NCBI GenBank assembly: GCA_963796055.1
Contig: CAWCKH010000001.1
Span: 96,001 to 160,000, forward strand
Direction of reading: 5' to 3'
Length of the DNA stretch: 64,000 nt
DNA from: an uncultured delta proteobacterium
GTDB taxonomy: Bacteria; Myxococcota; Myxococcia; Myxococcales; Myxococcaceae
Position numbers and translations under genes: made by a program. The notes beneath the pieces were generated by a model that worked only from the letters and a program-made list of their open reading frames with translations, searched no databases and was not told where the DNA came from. Shown here one piece after another: positions 1-10,286 of this stretch (position 1 is the stretch's first letter; each line of letters starts with the position of its first letter).

Positions 1-848
1 TCACCGCGGCCCTCACGAGCGCGGTCATTGCAGGGAATCCCATCGGTGCGCTCAACAACCGCACCTTCTTCGACGCCTACTTCTTCGTGGTGATCACCTC
101 CACTCTCCGGTACGACTGGAGACTGTCTGCGTTCGCCGCGCTCCTCGCCGTGGGGCAGTTCGTCGGACTGACGGCCTACGTCAGCGCGCACTGGGACGTG
201 GAGAGCCTCCAGAGCCCGCTCCACGGGCCCTTCGTTCCAGTGGCGCACGCGCTCCGGATCATTACCCTGGCCGCGGTGGGCGGTAGCTGCGTGGCGGTCG
301 CGAGATGGGCCCGCCACCTGCGCCTCATGGTGGGGACCGACCACCTGACGGGGCTCTCGCAACGCCGGCCGTTCTTCGAGCGCCTGGAGGAGGAGCTCGC
401 CCGGGCCACTTCGAGCCGGGCGACCCTGAGCCTTGCGCTATTCGACGTCGACGAGTTCAAGAAGTTCAACGACACCTTCGGTCACCTGGCGGGTGATCGC
501 GCTCTGCACCTGCTCGCCGCCCGGCTCCGGAAGTCAGTCCGGACGACCGACCTGGTGGCACGCTACGGCGGGGAGGAGTTCGTGGTCGCCTTCCCGCGGA
601 TGCCCATCGAGCGGGCGGTCCGCAGGGCGGACGAGCTCCGCGCCGAGCTCGCCGGGGTGCCGCTGCCAGCCGGAGGCGCGGTCCGGCACCTGACGCTCAG
701 CGTCGGGGTCGCCAGCTGGCCAGCAGACGGGGAGAGCTTCGAGGAGGTCCTCGGACGCGCGGATTCGCGCCTCTACGACGCCAAGGACCGCGGCCGGAAC
801 CGGGTCGTTGGCCCACCGGACCGGCTGCGGGAAGCCGCCGACGGCTGA
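1..848 (+). CDS. Membrane-associated diguanylate cyclase (GGDEF), 5'-truncated by the window edge
   Basis: DHLTGL, FDVDEFKKFNDTFGHLAGD and RYGGEEF motifs, with an RxxD I-site (RTTD) five residues before GGEEF. Hydrophobic N-terminal segments. The frame is open back to position 3. Confidence 0.92.
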   Translation, partial: TAALTSAVIAGNPIGALNNRTFFDAYFFVVITSTLRYDWRLSAFAALLAVGQFVGLTAYVSAHWDVESLQSPLHGPFVPVAHALRIITLAAVGGSCVAVARWARHLRLMVGTDHLTGLSQRRPFFERLEEELARATSSRATLSLALFDVDEFKKFNDTFGHLAGDRALHLLAARLRKSVRTTDLVARYGGEEFVVAFPRMPIERAVRRADELRAELAGVPLPAGGAVRHLTLSVGVASWPADGESFEEVLGRADSRLYDAKDRGRNRVVGPPDRLREAADG

Positions 849-963
849 GTTCCCGTACAACAGGGTTGTAGCAGGCTGGGGCAGGCTCGCGCCTATGCTT
901 GCCCTCCGGCCCACAATGTCGGAGGCTTCTCCCGGGTACTCTCTGACCGGGGGAATCTCCGAC

Positions 964-1050
964 ATGCGTCGCCTTCTCACGTTGTCGCATCCCGTCGCTC
1001 TCTTCGCCTCGTTCTGCTTCCTCTTCGCCCTCCCCTGCTACCTGCCATAG
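964..1050 (+). CDS. Putative 28-aa hydrophobic small protein
   Basis: ATG at 964 after GGGGGA; translation MRRLLTLSHPVALFASFCFLFALPCYLP, one TM-like stretch. Confidence 0.3.
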   Translation: MRRLLTLSHPVALFASFCFLFALPCYLP

Positions 1051-1127
1051 GCAGAGTTGGTCGGGGCCCGGGCGGGTCTGGACCGCATCGGGCGGGTCGC
1101 TCTCGCGGCGCCGAGGACGTGCGGTAC

Positions 1128-1165
1128 TTGCGCCCACACCGTCGGGGTGCTAGTTAGCGCGCCCC
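1128..1165 (+). promoter_or_regulatory. Putative sigma70 promoter of the S10 operon
   Basis: TTGCGC (1128-1133), 17 nt spacer, TAGTTA (1151-1156) with extended -10 TG, then a GC-rich discriminator GCGCGCCCC. Confidence 0.5.
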
Positions 1166-1267
1166 TTCGTCGCAGCAGTTCTGTGACAACCAGGAGCATC
1201 GAGGGACACCGGGCGGCCCCCAGGCGGGGACCGGTCGGCCGTCGCGGCAGTCGAGGACATCCGAAGA

Positions 1268-1576
1268 ATGGCGACTCAAAAGATTCGCATCCGGCTCAAG
1301 GCGTACGACTCGAAGCTCCTGGATCAGTCGGCAGGAGAGATCGTCGAGACCGCCCGGCGCACTGGCGCCCGGGTGGCTGGACCGATCCCCCTTCCGACCC
1401 GGATCAACAAGTTCACCGTGCTCCGCAGCCCGCACGTGGACAAGAAGAGCCGGGAGCAGTTCGAGATCCGCACCCACAAGCGGCTCCTCGACATCCTCGA
1501 GCCCACCCAGCAGACGCTGGATGCCCTGATGAAGCTCGACCTGTCGGCCGGGGTCGACGTCGAGATCAAGAGCTAA
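1268..1576 (+). CDS. rpsJ: 30S ribosomal protein S10
   Basis: [10 protein letters not shown]...GPIPLPT...[20 protein letters not shown]. Confidence 0.99.
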   Translation: MATQKIRIRLKAYDSKLLDQSAGEIVETARRTGARVAGPIPLPTRINKFTVLRSPHVDKKSREQFEIRTHKRLLDILEPTQQTLDALMKLDLSAGVDVEIKS

Positions 1577-1579
1577 GCC

Positions 1580-2209
1580 ATGGCCAAGTTCGACGTCGTC
1601 GATCTGGATAGGAAGAAGGTCCGGGAGATCGAGCTCTCGGATGCGGTGTTCGGCGCCGAGCCCAACCCCAACCTCTTCTACGAGGTCTCCAAGTTCCAGC
1701 AGATCAACCGCCGCCGCGGCACGGTGGGGGTGAAGAACACCTCGCTGGTCAGGGGTGGCGGCAAGAAGCCCTACAAGCAGAAGGGCACCGGCCGCGCCCG
1801 CCAGGGCTCGATCCGCGCCAGCCAGTGGGTCGGCGGCGGCAAGGCCATGGCCCCCAAGGCCCGTGACTACAGCTACCGGCCGCCGAAGAAGGTCAGGAAG
1901 GGCGCCCTCTGCGCCGCCCTCTCGCTCCGGGCCCGGGAGAAGGCGCTGGTCATCGTCGACACCTTCCAGCTCGATTCGACCAAGACCAAGGCCACCCTGG
2001 AGCTGCTCACCAAGCGGCTGAAGCTGACCGACGCCCTGGTGGTGGACGAGCGGAAGAACACCTTGCTCCACCGGACGGTGCGGAACCTGGCGGACTTCGA
2101 CGTGCTCCCCCCCGAGGGGCTGAACCTCGAGTCGCTCCTCAGGCGGAAGGCGCTGGTGCTGTCCTCGGCGGCGGCCCAGGCCCTCAACACCTCGCTGGAG
2201 GCCCGCTGA
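1580..2209 (+). CDS. rplD: 50S ribosomal protein L4
   Basis: [22 protein letters not shown] signature. Confidence 0.98.
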   Translation: MAKFDVVDLDRKKVREIELSDAVFGAEPNPNLFYEVSKFQQINRRRGTVGVKNTSLVRGGGKKPYKQKGTGRARQGSIRASQWVGGGKAMAPKARDYSYRPPKKVRKGALCAALSLRAREKALVIVDTFQLDSTKTKATLELLTKRLKLTDALVVDERKNTLLHRTVRNLADFDVLPPEGLNLESLLRRKALVLSSAAAQALNTSLEAR

Positions 2210-2211
2210 CC

Positions 2212-2505
2212 ATGCTTCCCACCGACGTCATCAAGGGCCCGCTCATCACCGAGAAGCTGGACAAGGCCCGGGAGAAGTTCCGGCACTACAGCTTCCTGGT
2301 CGACCGGGAGGCCACCAAGCACGACGTGGCGCGCGCGGTCCAGACGCTGTTCAACGTCCACGTCGAGGCGGTCCGCACCGCCATCGTCCGCGGCAAGGTG
2401 AAGCGGGTGGGGCGGAGCATCGGCAAGCGGCCCAACTTCAAGAAGGCGATCGTCACCCTCAAGGAGGGCGACAAGATCGACCTGTTCGAGGGAGGCGTGG
2501 TCTGA
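2212..2505 (+). CDS. rplW: 50S ribosomal protein L23
   Basis: PLITEK...ATKHDV...FNVHV...KKAIVTL; operon position. Confidence 0.98.
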   Translation: MLPTDVIKGPLITEKLDKAREKFRHYSFLVDREATKHDVARAVQTLFNVHVEAVRTAIVRGKVKRVGRSIGKRPNFKKAIVTLKEGDKIDLFEGGVV

Positions 2506-2506
2506 C

Positions 2507-3352
2507 ATGGGCATCAAGAAGTACAAGCCGACCTCGGCCGCCCGTCGCCTGACGACGGTCAGTGACTTTGCGGACATCACCAAGGACCGCCCGGAGAAGT
2601 CGCTCACCGAGGCGATGAAGCGCTCGGGTGGGCGCAACGTCCACGGCCACATCACCCGGCGGCACCAGGGCGGTGGCCACAAGCGGCGCTACCGGAGCAT
2701 CGACTTCAAGCGGCGCGACAAGGACGGCATTCCGGCCAAGGTGGCGAGCGTGGAGTACGACCCCAACCGCTCGGCCAACATCGCGCTCCTCCACTACGCC
2801 GACGGTGAGAAGCGCTACATCCTCGCCCCGGTGGGCATCACCGTGGGCGACACCCTCTTCGCCGGCAACGAGGCGGACATCCGCCCGGGCAACGCGCTGC
2901 CGCTGGGAAACATCCCCGTCGGCACCACCATCCACAACGTGGAGCTCAAGCCTGGCCGGGGGGCGCAGATGATCCGCTCCGCCGGCTCCTCCGGGCAGCT
3001 GATGGCCAAGGAGGGCGCCTACGCGCAGGTCCGGCTCCCCTCGGGCGTGGTCCGCAAGGTGCTGCTGGAGTGCCGGGCCACCATCGGGCAGCTGGGCAAC
3101 GTCGAGCACGACATCATCCGCATCGGCAAGGCGGGCAAGAGCCGCTGGCTGGGCATCCGGCCCACCGTCCGCGGCCTGGCGATGAACCCGGTCGACCACC
3201 CGCACGGTGGCGGCGAGGGCAAGTCCGGCCAGGGCAACCCGCACCCGGTCTCGCCCTGGGGCCAGAAGACCAAGGGCCTCAGCACCCGGAAGAACAAGCG
3301 GACCGACAAGTTCATCGTCAGCGGGCGCCGGAGCGGCGTCCGGAGCCAGTAG
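2507..3352 (+). CDS. rplB: 50S ribosomal protein L2
   Basis: [34 protein letters not shown]. Confidence 0.99.
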   Translation: MGIKKYKPTSAARRLTTVSDFADITKDRPEKSLTEAMKRSGGRNVHGHITRRHQGGGHKRRYRSIDFKRRDKDGIPAKVASVEYDPNRSANIALLHYADGEKRYILAPVGITVGDTLFAGNEADIRPGNALPLGNIPVGTTIHNVELKPGRGAQMIRSAGSSGQLMAKEGAYAQVRLPSGVVRKVLLECRATIGQLGNVEHDIIRIGKAGKSRWLGIRPTVRGLAMNPVDHPHGGGEGKSGQGNPHPVSPWGQKTKGLSTRKNKRTDKFIVSGRRSGVRSQ

Positions 3353-3364
3353 GAGAGGCGACCA

Positions 3365-3664
3365 GTGGCACGTTCCATCAAGAAGGGCCCCTTCGTGGAT
3401 GCCCACCTCCTCAAGAAGGTGGAGGACCTGATCAAGGGGAACCAGAAGAAGGTGGTGAAGACCTGGTCGCGCCGGTCCACCATCCTCCCCGAGTTCGTGG
3501 GCCACACCTTCGCGGTGCACAACGGCCGGAAGTTCATCCCGGTCTTCGTCACCGAGAACATGGTGGGCCACAAGCTGGGAGAGTTCGCCCCCACCCGGAC
3601 CTTCAGCGGCCACTCGGCGGAGAAGAAGGTGGCCAAGCCCCCGGCGGCGGCCGGGGCGAGGTGA
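3365..3664 (+). CDS. rpsS: 30S ribosomal protein S19
   Basis: [10 protein letters not shown]...[15 protein letters not shown]...[11 protein letters not shown]. Confidence 0.99.
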   Translation: MARSIKKGPFVDAHLLKKVEDLIKGNQKKVVKTWSRRSTILPEFVGHTFAVHNGRKFIPVFVTENMVGHKLGEFAPTRTFSGHSAEKKVAKPPAAAGAR

Positions 3665-3672
3665 GCACCGAC

Positions 3673-4038
3673 ATGGAATCGACTGCGCACCTCAGGAACT
3701 TCCGGATGTCGCCCCGCAAGATCGCGGTGGTGGTGGACCTGGTCCGCGGCAAGCCCGTGGGCGCGGCCCTCAACATCCTCCGGTTCACCAAGCGGGCCGC
3801 GGCCAGACCGGTGGCCAAGCTCATCCAGTCCGCCGTGGCCAACGCCACCGACCTCTCCAAGGGCCAGGTGGACGTGGACGCGCTGTACGTGAAGAGCATC
3901 TCGGTGGACCAGGGCTCCACGCTGAAGCGGTTCATGCCGCGGGCGATGGGCCGGGCCACTCCCATCCACAAGAAGAGCAGCCACGTGCACGTGGTGCTCG
4001 CCGACACGCCGGTCCGTTCGCGGAAGGCGAGGAGCTGA
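3673..4038 (+). CDS. rplV: 50S ribosomal protein L22
   Basis: C-terminal part of track ORF 3070..4038; ATG at 3673; RMSPRK...SAVANA...[11 protein letters not shown]. Confidence 0.97.
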   Translation: MESTAHLRNFRMSPRKIAVVVDLVRGKPVGAALNILRFTKRAAARPVAKLIQSAVANATDLSKGQVDVDALYVKSISVDQGSTLKRFMPRAMGRATPIHKKSSHVHVVLADTPVRSRKARS

Positions 4039-4042
4039 CACC

Positions 4043-4711
<669 letters not shown>

Positions 4712-4720
4712 GAGAGAGCC

Positions 4721-5140
4721 ATGCTTCAGCCTGCACGCACCAAGTACCGCAAGATGCAGAAGGGCCGGATGCCGGGGAAGGCGTACCGTGGCTCGAACCT
4801 CACCTACGGTGAGTTCGGGCTGATGACCACCCAGCCCGGGTGGATCACCTCCCGGCAGATCGAGGCGGCCCGTGTCGCCATGACCCGGCACGTGAAGCGC
4901 GGCGGCAAGATCTGGATCCGCATCTTCCCGGACAAGCCGATCACCAAGAAGCCGGCCGAGACCCGGATGGGCACCGGCAAGGGCGGGGTGGAGTACTACG
5001 TCGCGGTGGTGAAGCCCGGCCGCATCCTCTACGAGATGGGGGGGATGGACGAGCAGCTGGCCCACGAGGCGCTGAAGCTGGCCCAGGCCAAGCTCCCGGT
5101 GCTCACCCGCATCGTCCACCGGGCGGATCTGTCGCTGTAA
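4721..5140 (+). CDS. rplP: 50S ribosomal protein L16
   Basis: [11 protein letters not shown]...[21 protein letters not shown]. Confidence 0.99.
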   Translation: MLQPARTKYRKMQKGRMPGKAYRGSNLTYGEFGLMTTQPGWITSRQIEAARVAMTRHVKRGGKIWIRIFPDKPITKKPAETRMGTGKGGVEYYVAVVKPGRILYEMGGMDEQLAHEALKLAQAKLPVLTRIVHRADLSL

Positions 5141-5151
5141 GAGGAACGAGC

Positions 5152-5361
5152 ATGGCCACCGCCAAGGAATTGCACGAGCTGACTCTCGAGGACCTGAACC
5201 GGCGCGCGGCCGAGCTGCGCGAGTCGCTGTTCAAGGACCGGCTGAAGCTGCGGACCGGGGCGCTGGAGAGCCCGGCGAAGCGAACCCTAGCCCGCCGGGA
5301 CCTGGCGCGGATCCTCACCGTCATCAGTCAGAAGCAAAGGACCGCCGCGGCGAAGGCCTGA
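5152..5361 (+). CDS. rpmC: 50S ribosomal protein L29
   Basis: ATG at 5152 after GAGGA; AKELHEL...LFKDRLK...[11 protein letters not shown]. Confidence 0.95.
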   Translation: MATAKELHELTLEDLNRRAAELRESLFKDRLKLRTGALESPAKRTLARRDLARILTVISQKQRTAAAKA

Positions 5362-5375
5362 GGCGAGGAACGAAC

Positions 5376-5696
5376 ATGGCCGAGACCACGGAACAGACCG
5401 GCGCCGAGCAGGGCGCGAGCCACCGCGGGCGCCCCAAGACGCGCACCGGCATCGTCACCAGCAACAAGATGCAGAAGACGGTGGTGGTGACCGTGCGGCG
5501 CCGCGCGGCGCATCGCAAGTACGGGAAGATCCTCACCCTGCGCGAGAAGTACAAGGCGCACGCCGAGGACCACGACTATCCGAAGAACCCCACGCTCCAC
5601 GAGGGCGACCGGGTGCGCATCGCCGAGACCCGGCCCACCAGCAAGGACAAGCGCTGGCGGGTGGTCGAGGTGCTCGAGCGCGGAACGCGCGAGTAA
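5376..5696 (+). CDS. rpsQ: 30S ribosomal protein S17
   Basis: [14 protein letters not shown]...[16 protein letters not shown]. Confidence 0.98.
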   Translation: MAETTEQTGAEQGASHRGRPKTRTGIVTSNKMQKTVVVTVRRRAAHRKYGKILTLREKYKAHAEDHDYPKNPTLHEGDRVRIAETRPTSKDKRWRVVEVLERGTRE

Positions 5697-5711
5697 GAGG
5701 AGCGGCCGACC

Positions 5712-6080
5712 ATGATCCAGATGACCAGCGTGCTGGACGTCGCCGACAACTCCGGCGCCAAGAAGGTGTTCTGCATCAAGGTGCTCGGCGGCTCCAAGCG
5801 GAAGTACGCCAGCATCGGGGACATCATCGTGGTCAGCGTCCGCGAGGCGCTCCCCAACAGCAAGGTGAAGAAGGGCGACGTGGCCAAGGCGGTCATCGTC
5901 CGCACCAAGCGCGAGGTGGGGCGGCCGGACGGCAGCTTCATCAAGTTCGACGGGAACTCGGCGGTGCTGATCAACAAGGACCTCGAGCCGATCGGGACCC
6001 GTATCTTCGGCCCGGTGGCCCGTGAGCTGCGTGCCCGGAAGTTCATGAAGATCATCTCCCTGGCCCCGGAAGTGCTCTGA
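5712..6080 (+). CDS. rplN: 50S ribosomal protein L14
   Basis: [17 protein letters not shown]...[13 protein letters not shown]...SLAPEVL. Confidence 0.99.
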   Translation: MIQMTSVLDVADNSGAKKVFCIKVLGGSKRKYASIGDIIVVSVREALPNSKVKKGDVAKAVIVRTKREVGRPDGSFIKFDGNSAVLINKDLEPIGTRIFGPVARELRARKFMKIISLAPEVL

Positions 6081-6112
6081 ATGGGGCCCACGAAGGACGA
6101 CACGAGAGAGCC

Positions 6113-6448
6113 ATGCAGAAGCTGAAGGTGGGCGACCTGGTCGAGGTGGTGGCGGGCGCCGAGCGGACCAACAAGGACAAGACCAGCAAGCGGGGGAAGA
6201 TCCTGGCCATCGACAAGGACGCGCTCCGCGTCCGGGTCGAGGGGCTGCGCACCGTGAAGCGGCACATCCGCAAGGGCCGCGACCGGGCGAACCCCGAGGG
6301 CGGCATCCTCGAGCGGCCGGGAAGCATCGCGCTCGCCGCGGTGCAGGTGGTGTGCAAGAAGTGCGATGCGCCGACCCGGGTGGGCATCCGGGTCAACGGA
6401 GACAAGAAGGTCCGCTTCTGCAAGAAGTGCGACGCGAACATCGATTGA
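6113..6448 (+). CDS. rplX: 50S ribosomal protein L24
   Basis: KOW motif KVGDLVEVVAG; two CKKC motifs. Confidence 0.96.
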   Translation: MQKLKVGDLVEVVAGAERTNKDKTSKRGKILAIDKDALRVRVEGLRTVKRHIRKGRDRANPEGGILERPGSIALAAVQVVCKKCDAPTRVGIRVNGDKKVRFCKKCDANID

Positions 6449-6522
6449 GCCGAACACCAGGGCCACGATCGACGGCGGAGGAGCCCTGACGCCCCGTCGA
6501 AGCGAGGCGAGGAACGAGACAG

Positions 6523-7179
6523 ATGGCTGACGAGAAGGCAGACAAGGCCAAGGCCGAGAAGAAGGCCAAGCGCAAGGGCAAGGATGAGGTCAAGAAGGCC
6601 GGCTTCAGCGCCAACATCGAGGAAGGGCTGGAGACCAGGCCCGCCCGGCTGAAGATGCGCTACCGCAAGGAAGGCGTGCCGGCGCTGATGAAGGAGTTCG
6701 GGTTCAAGAACCCGAACCAGGTGCCGAAGCTGGAGAAGATCGTCATCAACATGGGCCTGGGCGAGGCGCTGGCCAACAACAAGATCCTCGAGTCGGCGGT
6801 GGATCAGCTGGGCGCCATCACCGGGCAGAGGCCGGTGGTCACCCGGGCGCGGAAGAGCATCGCCAACTTCAAGCTCCGCCAGGGCCAGGCCATCGGTGCG
6901 GCGGTCACCCTGCGGAGCGACCGGATGTACGAGTTCATGGACCGGCTGATCAACGTCGCGCTCCCCCGGGTCCGCGACTTCAAGGGCGTGTCCAGCAAGG
7001 CGTTCGACGGGAAGGGCAACTACACCCTGGGGGTGCGGGAGCAGATCATCTTCCCGGAGATCAACTACGACCAGATCGAGAAGGTGAAGGGGCTGAACAT
7101 CAGCTTCGTCACCACTGCCAGGAACGACGAGCAGGGGCTGGCGCTGCTGCGCCACTTCGGCATGCCGTTCCGCCAGTAG
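6523..7179 (+). CDS. rplE: 50S ribosomal protein L5 (N-terminally extended)
   Basis: [14 protein letters not shown]...LPRVRDFKG...[10 protein letters not shown]. Confidence 0.99.
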   Translation: MADEKADKAKAEKKAKRKGKDEVKKAGFSANIEEGLETRPARLKMRYRKEGVPALMKEFGFKNPNQVPKLEKIVINMGLGEALANNKILESAVDQLGAITGQRPVVTRARKSIANFKLRQGQAIGAAVTLRSDRMYEFMDRLINVALPRVRDFKGVSSKAFDGKGNYTLGVREQIIFPEINYDQIEKVKGLNISFVTTARNDEQGLALLRHFGMPFRQ

Positions 7180-7195
7180 AGAGAGCCCAAAGAGA

Positions 7196-7381
7196 ATGGC
7201 CAAGCTTTCCAAGATTGCCCAGGCGAAGCGCAAGCCGAAGTTCGCGGTGCGCAAGTACAACCGCTGCCCGCTGTGCGGGCGGCCCCGCGCGTTCCTGCGC
7301 AAGTTTCAGATGTGCCGGATCTGCCTGCGCAAGCGGGCGCTCCAGGGAGAGGTGACGGGGCTCATCAAGAGCTCCTGGTAA
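7196..7381 (+). CDS. rpsN: 30S ribosomal protein S14, zinc-binding short type (rpsZ-like)
   Basis: 61 aa with CPLC...CRIC and C-terminal KSSW. Confidence 0.98.
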   Translation: MAKLSKIAQAKRKPKFAVRKYNRCPLCGRPRAFLRKFQMCRICLRKRALQGEVTGLIKSSW

Positions 7382-7522
7382 GGAAGCCGAAGGGCAGCAC
7401 GTCCGCGGCACGGACCCCCGTGTCGGCACGGCCAGGCGGCCGCGGGCGACAACGACGAGCCCGGCAGTGGCCCTCCAGGGTGGGGGCAGCCGGACGAAGG
7501 ACGAGCGAGAGGTCGAACAGAC

Positions 7523-7921
7523 ATGCCAGTGAACGATCCGGTCGGCGACATGCTGACCCGCATCCGCAACGCCTCGCGGGCGCGCCACGACAAGGTGGTG
7601 ATGCCCACCTCCAGACTCAAAGTTTCCATCGCCCGGGTGCTCCGCGATGCGGGATACATCGCGGACTACACCGAGCACGACATCCAGCCGCAGGGGGAGA
7701 TCACCCTGCAGCTCAAGTACGGCCCGGACAAGAGCCCGGTCATCACCGGCATCCGCCGGATCAGCAAGCCGGGCCTCCGCCGCTACGTCCCGGTGCGCGA
7801 CATCCGCCCGGTCCTGGGCGGCCTGGGCATCAGCATCCTCTCCACCAGCCAGGGCATCCTCAGCGACGCCGACGCCCGGAAGATGAACATCGGCGGCGAG
7901 CTGATCTGCACGGTGTACTGA
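7523..7921 (+). CDS. rpsH: 30S ribosomal protein S8
   Basis: [13 protein letters not shown]...ISKPGLRRY...STSQG. Confidence 0.99.
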   Translation: MPVNDPVGDMLTRIRNASRARHDKVVMPTSRLKVSIARVLRDAGYIADYTEHDIQPQGEITLQLKYGPDKSPVITGIRRISKPGLRRYVPVRDIRPVLGGLGISILSTSQGILSDADARKMNIGGELICTVY

Positions 7922-7922
7922 C

Positions 7923-8489
7923 ATGAGCCGAATCGGAAAGCAGGCGATCAAGCTCGAGCCGAAGGTGAAGGCCTCGGTGGCGAGCGGCGCGGTGGCCCTC
8001 GAGGGCCCCAAGGGCAAGATGAAGGTTCCGCTGCCGGCGACCATCACCGCCGACGTCAAGGACGGGCAGATCCACGTACAGCGGCCCAACGACTCGCGTG
8101 AGTCGCGGAGCCTGCACGGGCTGGCCCGGAGCCTGCTGGCCAACGCGGCCAAGGGCGTGGCCAGTGGCTGGGAGCGCAAGCTCGACATCCGCGGCGTCGG
8201 GTTCCGCGCCGAGGTGAAGGGCAAGCAGATCCACTTCGCGCTGGGCTACAGCCACCCGGTGGTGTTCGACCTCCCCGAGGGGGTCAGCGCCGAGGTGGAC
8301 AAGGTGGCCCGCACCGAGGACAGCCTCCCCACCATCGGGCTCACCCTGCGCAGCGTGGACCGCGAGGCGCTGGGCGAGACCGCGGTGAAGATCCGGGCGC
8401 TTCGCCCGCCCGAGCCGTACAAGGGCAAGGGCATCAAGTACTCCGACGAGCGCGTGCGCCGGAAGGAAGGCAAGACCGGCACCGCGTAA
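7923..8489 (+). CDS. rplF: 50S ribosomal protein L6
   Basis: MSRIGK...GVGFRA...LGYSHPV...RPPEPYKGKGIKY. Confidence 0.99.
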   Translation: MSRIGKQAIKLEPKVKASVASGAVALEGPKGKMKVPLPATITADVKDGQIHVQRPNDSRESRSLHGLARSLLANAAKGVASGWERKLDIRGVGFRAEVKGKQIHFALGYSHPVVFDLPEGVSAEVDKVARTEDSLPTIGLTLRSVDREALGETAVKIRALRPPEPYKGKGIKYSDERVRRKEGKTGTA

Positions 8490-8558
8490 GCGGCGCCGGG
8501 ACTCATCATCCGGCGGGGGAAGTCCCGGATCCCCGCCGGAAGGAACGAGGAAGAGACC

Positions 8559-8912
8559 ATGGGCAGCATCGAACCACGATTGAAGAGGAAGGCCCGCATC
8601 CGGCGGAAGCTCTCGGGCACCGCGGAGCGGCCCCGGCTCACGGTGTACAAGAGCCTGAAGCACATCTACGCCCAGGTGGTGGACGACTCCACCGGGCGCA
8701 CCCTCGCCTTCGCCTCCAGCCTCTCCAAGGAGCTGAAGGGCAAGGACGAAGGCGACAAGAAGGAGGACGCCAAGCGGGTGGGGCGGCTGGTGGCGGAGAA
8801 GGCCAAGGCCGCCAACGTGACCCGGGTGGTGTTCGACCGAAACGGATTCCCGTACCAGGGCCGCGTCGCGGCCGTGGCGGAGGCGGCCCGCGAGGCCGGC
8901 CTCGAGTTCTAG
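8559..8912 (+). CDS. rplR: 50S ribosomal protein L18
   Basis: [13 protein letters not shown]...[14 protein letters not shown]. Confidence 0.98.
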   Translation: MGSIEPRLKRKARIRRKLSGTAERPRLTVYKSLKHIYAQVVDDSTGRTLAFASSLSKELKGKDEGDKKEDAKRVGRLVAEKAKAANVTRVVFDRNGFPYQGRVAAVAEAAREAGLEF

Positions 8913-8933
8913 GAAAGGCAAGAGGCTAGGCGA

Positions 8934-9437
8934 GTGGCGACTCCCATCAACCCCAACGACCTCGATCTCAGCGATCGGGTGGTCAACATCAACCGCGTGG
9001 CCAAGGTGGTGAAGGGCGGCCGGCGGTTCAGCTTCTCGGCGCTGGTCGTGGTCGGCGACGGCAACGGCCACGTCGGCGTGGGCCTGGGCAAGGCCAACGA
9101 GGTCCCGGAGGCCATCCGCAAGGGCGGCGAGAACGCGAAGAAGAACCTCTTCCGCGTCCCGCTGCAGGGCCACACCATCCCTCACGAGGTGCTTGGTCAC
9201 TTCGGCGCGGGGTGGGTGCTGCTCAAGCCCGCCGCCGAGGGCACCGGGGTCATCGCCGGTGGCTCGGTCCGGGCGGTGCTCGAGGCCGCCGGCATCCGGA
9301 ACATCCTGACCAAGAGCCAGGGCAGCCGGAACCCGCACAACGTGCTCAAGGCCACCGTGGCCGGTCTCAAGTCGCTCCGCTCCCCGGACCAGGTCTCGCG
9401 CCTGCGTGGCCGGGAGCTCGAGTACGGCAAGGCGTAG
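8934..9437 (+). CDS. rpsE: 30S ribosomal protein S5
   Basis: [24 protein letters not shown]. Confidence 0.99.
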   Translation: MATPINPNDLDLSDRVVNINRVAKVVKGGRRFSFSALVVVGDGNGHVGVGLGKANEVPEAIRKGGENAKKNLFRVPLQGHTIPHEVLGHFGAGWVLLKPAAEGTGVIAGGSVRAVLEAAGIRNILTKSQGSRNPHNVLKATVAGLKSLRSPDQVSRLRGRELEYGKA

Positions 9438-9447
9438 CGAGGACACC

Positions 9448-9720
9448 ATGGGACTGCGCATCAAGCTGACCAAGAGCTTCGCCGGGGCGAGCGAGACGCA
9501 GCTCCGGACCATCGCCGGCCTGGGCCTGAGGAAGTTCGGCCAGGAGCGGCTGCTTCAGGACACCCCGGCCATCCGAGGGATGATCTTCAAGGTCCGTCAC
9601 CTCGTGACCCACGAGGTGGTGAAGGACAACCCGGCCAAGGCCCCGCGGCGGAAGCCGCGGCTGGTGAAGGCCCGCGAGGCGGCCCGCGAGCGGCGCGCCT
9701 CCAAGGAGCAGCGTTCATGA
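9448..9720 (+). CDS. rpmD: 50S ribosomal protein L30 (basic C-terminal extension)
   Basis: ATG at 9448 after [13 protein letters not shown]...LGLRK...[16 protein letters not shown]. Confidence 0.95.
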   Translation: MGLRIKLTKSFAGASETQLRTIAGLGLRKFGQERLLQDTPAIRGMIFKVRHLVTHEVVKDNPAKAPRRKPRLVKAREAARERRASKEQRS

Positions 9721-10223
9721 ACAGCCTGTCCAACCTGCGCCGGCCGAAGGCGAGCTGGCACCGGAAGAAGCGCGTCGGCCGTGGCCAGGGCTCCGGGCTG
9801 GGAAAGACGGCTGGCCGCGGTGGGAAGGGTCAGAAGGCCCGCACGGGCAACATGCGCTTCGAGGGGTTCGAGGGTGGGCAGAGCCCGCTCCAGCGCCGCC
9901 TTCCCAAGTTCGGCTTCAACGCCCCGAACCGGAAGGAGTTCGCGGTGGTGAACGTGGGCGACCTTGACCGCTTCGACGCCGGTGCGACGGTGGACGAGGC
10001 CGCGCTCCGCAAGGCGGGCCTGGTGAAGGGCCGCTGGACCGGGGTGAAGCTGCTCGGCGAGGGCACGGTCAGCCGCAAGGTGGTCATCCACGTGCACCGG
10101 GTGAGCGAGAAGGCCAAGGCGGCGGTCGAGGCGGCCGGCGGCTCGGTCACGCTCGTCCCGCTGATGGCCCACAAGCCCGAGGCCGCGGCGAGAGCGCACG
10201 CCGGCAAGGGCGCGAAGTCCTGA
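9717..10223 (+). CDS. rplO: 50S ribosomal protein L15
   Basis: RVGRGQGSGLGKTAGRGGKGQKAR, FEGGQSPL. Confidence 0.99.
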   Translation: MNSLSNLRRPKASWHRKKRVGRGQGSGLGKTAGRGGKGQKARTGNMRFEGFEGGQSPLQRRLPKFGFNAPNRKEFAVVNVGDLDRFDAGATVDEAALRKAGLVKGRWTGVKLLGEGTVSRKVVIHVHRVSEKAKAAVEAAGGSVTLVPLMAHKPEAAARAHAGKGAKS

Positions 10224-10242
10224 TTATCCAAGGTCCCGGGTC

Positions 10243-10270
10243 TTGCCGGCCCGGGACAATCCAGTAGTCT
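10243..10270 (+). promoter_or_regulatory. Possible internal promoter for secY
   Basis: TTGCCG, 16 nt spacer, TAGTCT; overlaps an 8-bp hairpin (GTCCCGGG/CCCGGGAC, 10233-10257). Confidence 0.25.
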
Positions 10271-10286
10271 CGGGCGGCACTCATCC

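Noticed and set aside
1190..1210. Remnant of a deleted tuf gene (AGGAG followed by ATCGAG) in the rpsJ leader
   Set aside because: Too short to distinguish from chance
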